From NCBI GenBank assembly GCA_020725105.1, contig DYFQ01000007.1:2106-66105 (forward strand): a DNA stretch of 64,000 nt, written 5' to 3'. The translations under genes were made by a program, and so were the position numbers. Source of the DNA: Symbiobacterium thermophilum. Its GTDB lineage: Bacteria > Bacillota > Sulfobacillia > DYFQ01. Position 1 is the stretch's first letter, and every line of letters starts with the position of its first letter. The notes below the pieces were generated by a model, which was given only the letters and a program-made list of their open reading frames with translations, did not search any database and was not told the DNA's origin. Below are positions 58,971 to 64,000 of this stretch, piece by piece.

Positions 58971-59654
58971 TTGCCCACCGGTGCGCGGGCACCCCGAAAA
59001 GCTATGCTGGCCGCGCTGAGCGCAGCCGCCGCCATGCTTGTGGCCGCCTGCCAGGCGCCGGTGGCGGTTCCAGGGTCGGCGCTGACTCCGGCGGGCGAGA
59101 TCGGCCGTTACGTGGAGTACCCGAATTCTCTGCCCTCGGCGGGCCGGGGCGAAGCCCTCTGGCGGCAGGTGTGTCCCGCCTGCGACGCCGACGGCTTCAG
59201 CCAGACCTACCTCGGGAAGGATCGGCGGGCCATCAGCCCCCTTGATGTCTACCTGGCCGTCTCGGACGGGGTACCCGATCGCGGCTTGCCGGCCTTGAAG
59301 GATCGGCTGGCGCCGCCGGAGCGGTGGGACGTGGTGGCCTTTCTGTGGTCCAGGAACGCGAGCCGGGAACTGATGGCCCAGGCAGAGCAGGCCTACCTTG
59401 GCAGTTGCAGCATGTGCCACGGGCCCCTGGGGATGGGCGACGGGTCCGCGGCCCACGGTCTTGAGCCGCCCCCGGCCAGCTTCGCCCTGGGCGGCAGGTA
59501 CATGTGGTTCACCGACACCGACCTGTTTCAGTTCATCTCTCAGGGCAAGCCGGGGACGGCCATGCCACCCTGGCGCCACATTCTGACGGCGGAAGAGCGC
59601 TGGCTGCTGGTGGACTTCATCCGTACCTTCGCCTATTCGGCGGGAGAAGAGTAG
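58971..59654 (+). CDS. Lipoprotein cytochrome c with one intact and one degenerate heme motif
   Basis: Lipobox LVAAC, CPACD, and CSMCH with MPPW. Confidence 0.8.
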   Translation: MPTGARAPRKAMLAALSAAAAMLVAACQAPVAVPGSALTPAGEIGRYVEYPNSLPSAGRGEALWRQVCPACDADGFSQTYLGKDRRAISPLDVYLAVSDGVPDRGLPALKDRLAPPERWDVVAFLWSRNASRELMAQAEQAYLGSCSMCHGPLGMGDGSAAHGLEPPPASFALGGRYMWFTDTDLFQFISQGKPGTAMPPWRHILTAEERWLLVDFIRTFAYSAGEE

Positions 59655-59696
59655 GGCCGCCGCCGTCGGTCCGGCGGTCGCACGGAGGGATCGGCA

Positions 59697-60299
59697 TTGG
59701 AGCAAGTGACTCGGCGAGACGTTTTGTCCCGGGGCCTGCGGGCCTTGGGGGCCATTCCCATCCTGGGGACGGCGTTCGCCGCTTCGTCGCCCCTCGTCCG
59801 GTTCTTCCGGCCCACGGTGAAGCCGTACGAGATAAGCCCGCCGCCGGACGTCGGTGAGGGCGGGGAGCTGGTGGTGGCCAAGGCCTCCGAGCTGACCCAG
59901 GCCTGGGACTACCGTTACTTCCTGTACACCCTGCGGCTTCCCGAGTACACGCCGCGGGGCGCCCAGCACAAGCAGGTGCCGGGGGTGGTCGTCCGGCTGC
60001 CGGAGGGGGCCGGCGACGACTTCATGGTCATCAGCCGGATCTGTCCGCACCTGGGGTGCATCTTCAACTACGAGCGGGATCCCAAGGGCGTGCTGGAGCA
60101 CTGCAATTACCCGGCCACCGGTCCCCAGTTCTGCTGTCCCTGCCACTTCTCGGTCTACGACCCGCTGCAGAAGGACGCCCAGGGCCGGCGGGGCAAGGTC
60201 ATCAGCGGCCCGGCGCCGCGGGCGCCCTTCCAGTTCGCCTGGCGGCTCGAGGGCGACGACATCGTGGTCTACGGCATGGAAGAGGGGAGCACGGCGTAG
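59697..60299 (+). CDS. Rieske [2Fe-2S] protein (QcrA/PetC-like)
   Basis: Tat motif TRRDVL, CPHLGC and CPCHFS boxes, GPAPR. Confidence 0.93.
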   Translation: MEQVTRRDVLSRGLRALGAIPILGTAFAASSPLVRFFRPTVKPYEISPPPDVGEGGELVVAKASELTQAWDYRYFLYTLRLPEYTPRGAQHKQVPGVVVRLPEGAGDDFMVISRICPHLGCIFNYERDPKGVLEHCNYPATGPQFCCPCHFSVYDPLQKDAQGRRGKVISGPAPRAPFQFAWRLEGDDIVVYGMEEGSTA

Positions 60300-60301
60300 A
60301 C

Positions 60302-61552
60302 ATGGCAGGCCGCGCACCGGCAATTCTCGGCAAGCTGGGGGCCGGTTTCCAGGCCCTGCCCCGGACGGCCGCCAGGCGGTGGGCCGGGCTGAAGACCTGG
60401 TTCGAGGAGCGCAACGAGAACCTCGACCTGTTTGACGAGACCAGGACGGAACTGGCCCGGGATAATCCCCTTTACGTCGCCGGGGCGCTGACCTACTTCT
60501 TCTGGATCGTCACCATCGTCACCGGGCTCCTGCTGGTGATGTACTACGTCCCCACCACCCACGGGGCCTTCGAGTCGGTCAGGCGCATCCAGTACGAGAT
60601 CCCCGGCTTCTGGCTGGTGCGCGGGCTGCACAAGTACGGGGCCGACGCCATCATCATCGCGCTGACCGTGCGCATCTACCGGATGTACTTCACCGGCGAG
60701 TACAAGCGGCCCAACGAACTCTCGTGGATGATCGCCGTGCTCATGCTGACCCTGGCCATGTTCTCGGGCCTCACGGGGTATCTCCTCATCTGGAACCAGC
60801 GGGCCTACTGGGCCACCAAGGTCATCGCCACCTTCCCGATCTACCTGGACGCCATCCCGCCCTTTGCCTGGTTCCACTGGGGCAAGCTGATCAACAACAT
60901 CATGGTGGGCGGCGCGGCCATCGGCCAGGCCACGATCACGCGCTTTTACATGGCCCACTACGCCATCTCGATGATCGCCGTCATCCTGGTGGAGATGCAC
61001 TTCTACAAGAAGAAGCTCCGCCGGTTCAACCTGTCGTGGACCCAGATGGGGCTGGCCCTGGGGATTCTCGTGCTGCTGGCCATCGTGCTGCCGCCGGAGA
61101 TGGGCAGTCCGGCCAACCCGACCCTGACCCCTCACCGGATCTACTCCGACTGGTACTTTCTGTCGGTGTACCACCTGATCCGGATCTTCCCGGTGGTGCC
61201 GGCCACCCTGGCCACGCTGGCGATCCCGCTGTTGGCCATGGCCATGCCGCTGCTGGATCGGCGGCCGGAACGGGCCTGGTACCAGCGACCCTTCGTCACC
61301 GTGGTGGGGATCATGGCCCTGACCTACCACGTGGCCTTCTCGATCCTCTTGATCCTGAACATCGCCAGCACTGAACGGGATCCGCCCATCGTCTGGACGG
61401 TCACGGCGCTCTTCCTGGCCGCGGGCCTCCTGTGGGAGTGGTTCTACCGGCGGTCCAGGCAGGTGGCCGCGCCGGTGGCGGCCGGCGGGAGCGCCGGTGG
61501 CGGCACGGGCGCCTCCGGCCGGGGCGGCGCGGGGGGAGGCGGGGCACGGTGA
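60302..61552 (+). CDS. Cytochrome b subunit 1 (unsplit b/b6+IV type)
   Basis: TGLLLVMYYVP, RGLH, TGYLL, TRFYMAH and PANP...SDWY (PEWY position) motifs. Confidence 0.88.
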   Translation: MAGRAPAILGKLGAGFQALPRTAARRWAGLKTWFEERNENLDLFDETRTELARDNPLYVAGALTYFFWIVTIVTGLLLVMYYVPTTHGAFESVRRIQYEIPGFWLVRGLHKYGADAIIIALTVRIYRMYFTGEYKRPNELSWMIAVLMLTLAMFSGLTGYLLIWNQRAYWATKVIATFPIYLDAIPPFAWFHWGKLINNIMVGGAAIGQATITRFYMAHYAISMIAVILVEMHFYKKKLRRFNLSWTQMGLALGILVLLAIVLPPEMGSPANPTLTPHRIYSDWYFLSVYHLIRIFPVVPATLATLAIPLLAMAMPLLDRRPERAWYQRPFVTVVGIMALTYHVAFSILLILNIASTERDPPIVWTVTALFLAAGLLWEWFYRRSRQVAAPVAAGGSAGGGTGASGRGGAGGGGAR

Positions 61553-61860
61553 GCAGCCGGGGAAAGAACCCTCCGCTGGTTCTGTTCCTGCTGGGGTTTG
61601 CCGTGGCTACCTGGGCCCTCTCGAGGGTCATCGAATGGGTGAAGGTCCTGGCGGCGGGAGGCGGTCCCGTCGCCACCCTGGCCCTGGCCGGCTGGCTGGC
61701 CCTGCTGCTGGTCTGTCTGGCGGGCCTCGGGTTCTACGTCTACAAGGCCGAGCGGGACCGGGGCAACGTGGCCCACCCGGTGGCGATGTACGAGGCGGTC
61801 ATCCGCCGGTGGGAAGCCCGGGACGAGAAGCCCGGCGGTCCGTCGCGGGAGGGCGCTTGA
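61549..61860 (+). CDS. Small 2-TM membrane protein
   Basis: GTGA overlap with the cytochrome b1 stop; two hydrophobic helices. Confidence 0.6.
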   Translation: MSSRGKNPPLVLFLLGFAVATWALSRVIEWVKVLAAGGGPVATLALAGWLALLLVCLAGLGFYVYKAERDRGNVAHPVAMYEAVIRRWEARDEKPGGPSREGA

Positions 61861-62066
61861 TGGTCAAGCAGGTGGTCGGCGCGGTGCTGTTCATCCTCCT
61901 GGCCGGATTCGGCGGCGGCCTGGCCGTTCGCATGGTCCAGTTCGAATTCGGCGGACAGCCCCTGGAGTTCACCTTCCTCCTGGGGCAGGCCATGATCGTG
62001 CTCGCCCTGATGATCATGGTGTATTATCGGTCGGGCTGGGGTTCTCCCCGGCGGCGGGCCGGGTAG
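61860..62066 (+). CDS. Small 2-TM membrane protein
   Basis: TGATG coupling, GGAGG RBS, two hydrophobic helices. Confidence 0.6.
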   Translation: MVKQVVGAVLFILLAGFGGGLAVRMVQFEFGGQPLEFTFLLGQAMIVLALMIMVYYRSGWGSPRRRAG

Positions 62067-62078
62067 GGAGGCGGGCGC

Positions 62079-63353
62079 GTGGCCTGGTCTGACATCCTCG
62101 TCGTCGTCCTGGTGATCATGGCCGTCGACCTGCTGGCGGTGGCCGTCATGCGGCGGGGCGGACCGCCGCGCCGGCCCGGGCCAACGCCGATCATCTCGGG
62201 CAGCCCGCTTTCCCGGTGGGAGCGCTTCCTCAAGCGCTCCCAGGAAGCCACCACCCGGGTGGACTACCTGCTGAACCTCCTGTTCGGGGCGGAGTACAAC
62301 TTCTGGTACTTCCACGCCGGGCTGACCAACCTGTTTTTGTGGTTCTGCATCGCCACGGGGCTGCTGGTGTTCTTCTACTACGTGCCGTCACTGGAGTCGG
62401 CCTACGCCTCGGTGGAGTACCTGACCTACGAGGTGCCGTACGGCCAGATCATGCGAGGACTCCACCGGTACTCGGCCGACGGCTTCGCCATCGCCGTATT
62501 GCTCCACGCCGGCCGGGTGTTCTTCACCGACCGGTTCCGCAAGTTCCGATCCATGACCTGGGTGTCGGGCGTGGTCATGCTGGTGTTTCTGCTGGTGACG
62601 GGCATCACCGGCTACCTGCTGGTCTGGGACCAGCGGTCGCTCCTGCTGACCACCATGACGCACCAGTTCCTGGCGGCCATCCCCCTGGTCGGTAGTTACC
62701 TGGCCGGCTGGTTCATCGGGGGTCCGGTCATCAGCGATACCACCCTCTCGCGGTTTCTGTTCCTGCACATCGCGCCGCCCTTTGCCTTCATGGTGCTGCT
62801 CTGGTGGCACTACCTGAAGATCAACCGCCCGGTCATCTACCCGCCGGCCCCGGTGACCCTGCTGGCGGCCGGGCTGGTCATCGTGGCCGCCGCCGTCTTC
62901 CCGGCGGTCTCCCAGGCCCCGGCCAACTTCGACGCCCCCGCCACCGAACTGGCCGTGGACTGGTTCTTCCTGTGGGGCTACTGGCTGTTCAACGTGCTGT
63001 CGCCGCCGACCCTGGTGCTCCTGGCCGTGGTCCTCCTGGCCGTCCTGTTCGCGGTCCCGTACTTTCCCAGGTCCGAGTGGCGCAACGTGCCGGTGGTGCA
63101 TGCCGGCAGGTGCACCGGCTGCAGCCTGTGCTACGTCGACTGCCACGCCAACGCCATCGAGATGATTCCCGACCCGTACTTCACCGGCCGGCGGAAGAAG
63201 CTTCTGGCCGTGGTGTACGAACCCAAGTGCGCCGAGTGCGGGATTTGCGTGGGCGCCTGCCCCTTCAGCGCCATCGAGATGCCGAGGCTCCGGGACAAGC
63301 AGGTGGAAGAGGCCATCACAGGCTGGGTCGGCGCGACCGGGGCAGGTGACTGA
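62079..63353 (+). CDS. Cytochrome b subunit 2 fused to a 2x[4Fe-4S] ferredoxin domain
   Basis: RGLH...LLHAGR, RFLFLH...WWH and VDWF motifs; C-terminal CTGCSLCYVDC and CAECGICVGACP. Confidence 0.88.
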   Translation: MAWSDILVVVLVIMAVDLLAVAVMRRGGPPRRPGPTPIISGSPLSRWERFLKRSQEATTRVDYLLNLLFGAEYNFWYFHAGLTNLFLWFCIATGLLVFFYYVPSLESAYASVEYLTYEVPYGQIMRGLHRYSADGFAIAVLLHAGRVFFTDRFRKFRSMTWVSGVVMLVFLLVTGITGYLLVWDQRSLLLTTMTHQFLAAIPLVGSYLAGWFIGGPVISDTTLSRFLFLHIAPPFAFMVLLWWHYLKINRPVIYPPAPVTLLAAGLVIVAAAVFPAVSQAPANFDAPATELAVDWFFLWGYWLFNVLSPPTLVLLAVVLLAVLFAVPYFPRSEWRNVPVVHAGRCTGCSLCYVDCHANAIEMIPDPYFTGRRKKLLAVVYEPKCAECGICVGACPFSAIEMPRLRDKQVEEAITGWVGATGAGD

Positions 63354-63356
63354 GGG

Positions 63357-63854
63357 ATGGCCGAGCGACGCAGGGGAAACAGCCTGGGCGGCCGGCGGGA
63401 CCGGCTGATCGGGTTTCTCTGTGAGTGGAGCGGCAAGCTCGACCACCGTCTCGGGCCCGATCAGGAACTGCTGGACGTGCCCGGGGTGAAGGTCATCAAG
63501 CTCATGTGCTCGGGCATGGTCAAGCCCGAGTGGGTGGAACTGGCCCTCAAGTCGGGGGCGGCGGGCTGCTTCGTGGTGGGGTGCCCGCGGGGCGACTGCC
63601 ACTTCCGGGAGGGCAACGTCTTCATCAACGAACGGCTGCTGGGCCTCAGGCCGCCCAAGTTGAAGACCAGAGACGTCGACCCCGAGCGCATCGCCGTGTT
63701 CTTCCGCGGCGCCGAGGAGTGGCCGGAACTCATCGAGGACATCAAGGCCTTCCGCGACCGGTGCCTGGCGCGGGCGGGGGAGGAACCCGCCCCACAGGGT
63801 GGCCGGCAGGCCGCGGCCACGAAAGCCAGAACCGCGGAAGGGACGGCATCGTGA
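63357..63854 (+). CDS. MvhD/FlpD-like [2Fe-2S] protein (hydrogenase delta subunit family)
   Basis: GFLCEWS, MCSG and GCPRGDCHFREGN motifs. Confidence 0.88.
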   Translation: MAERRRGNSLGGRRDRLIGFLCEWSGKLDHRLGPDQELLDVPGVKVIKLMCSGMVKPEWVELALKSGAAGCFVVGCPRGDCHFREGNVFINERLLGLRPPKLKTRDVDPERIAVFFRGAEEWPELIEDIKAFRDRCLARAGEEPAPQGGRQAAATKARTAEGTAS

Positions 63855-63868
63855 GGGAGGGACCGCCG

Positions 63869-64000
63869 GTGGCCGCTTCAGCCCCCAAGCCGATGGCGAG
63901 GCCCGATGCCGACCGGGCGCTGGCCGAGTCACCCCGACCGTGGATCGCGGTGCACCGGCAGTTCCTGGCCGACCTCGAGGCCCGGACCAGCGAGCGGGAG
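63869..64000 (+). CDS. Probable next gene of the operon, truncated by the window
   Basis: GGGAGG RBS, GTG start, open frame to the window end; product not identifiable. Confidence 0.4.
   Translation, partial: MAASAPKPMARPDADRALAESPRPWIAVHRQFLADLEARTSERE

Noticed and set aside
1..64000. CRISPR array, rRNA or intact prophage
   Set aside because: No regularly spaced repeats, rRNA signatures or phage structural genes were seen.

Overview
High-GC, endospore-forming Bacillota chromosome; this is inferred from spoVD, spoVE, spoIIGA-sigE-sigG, spoIIR, ylmC and a gerM-like gene. Most of the window is core genome. (1) 1-2400: the decayed edge of an island at tRNA-Pro(GGG), with an IS1634-type transposase, an orphan RHS C-terminal toxin/immunity-like pair and a tyrosine-integrase stub. 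(2) 2.5-19 kb: metabolic genes (pcrB, an aminotransferase/SRPBCC/GT4/membrane-protein cluster, an FAH-family gene, speD, ndk, two threonine-synthase paralogues, ilvE). (3) 19.7-36.5 kb: the dcw cluster, with a frameshifted mraZ and no murD or murC. (4) 36.5-47.6 kb: Tyr T-box plus aroF, gerM-like, FBP aldolase/phosphatase and tRNA-Pro(CGG). (5) 47.6-53.8 kb: the spoIIG/sigG/spoIIR locus and lpdA. (6) 53.8-64 kb: ctaA/ctaB divergent from an unusual respiratory operon. The best candidate for an undescribed system is that operon. It encodes a CcoN-like subunit missing most heme/CuB histidines, a triheme CcoO fusion, a Rieske protein, two non-equivalent cytochrome b subunits (one lacking a heme bH ligand, one fused to a 2x[4Fe-4S] ferredoxin) and an MvhD-like [2Fe-2S] protein. 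The second candidate is a variant c-di-AMP (ydaO)-like riboswitch fold at 5099-5222. All calls come from reading motifs by eye; no searches were run, and start codons are best guesses.
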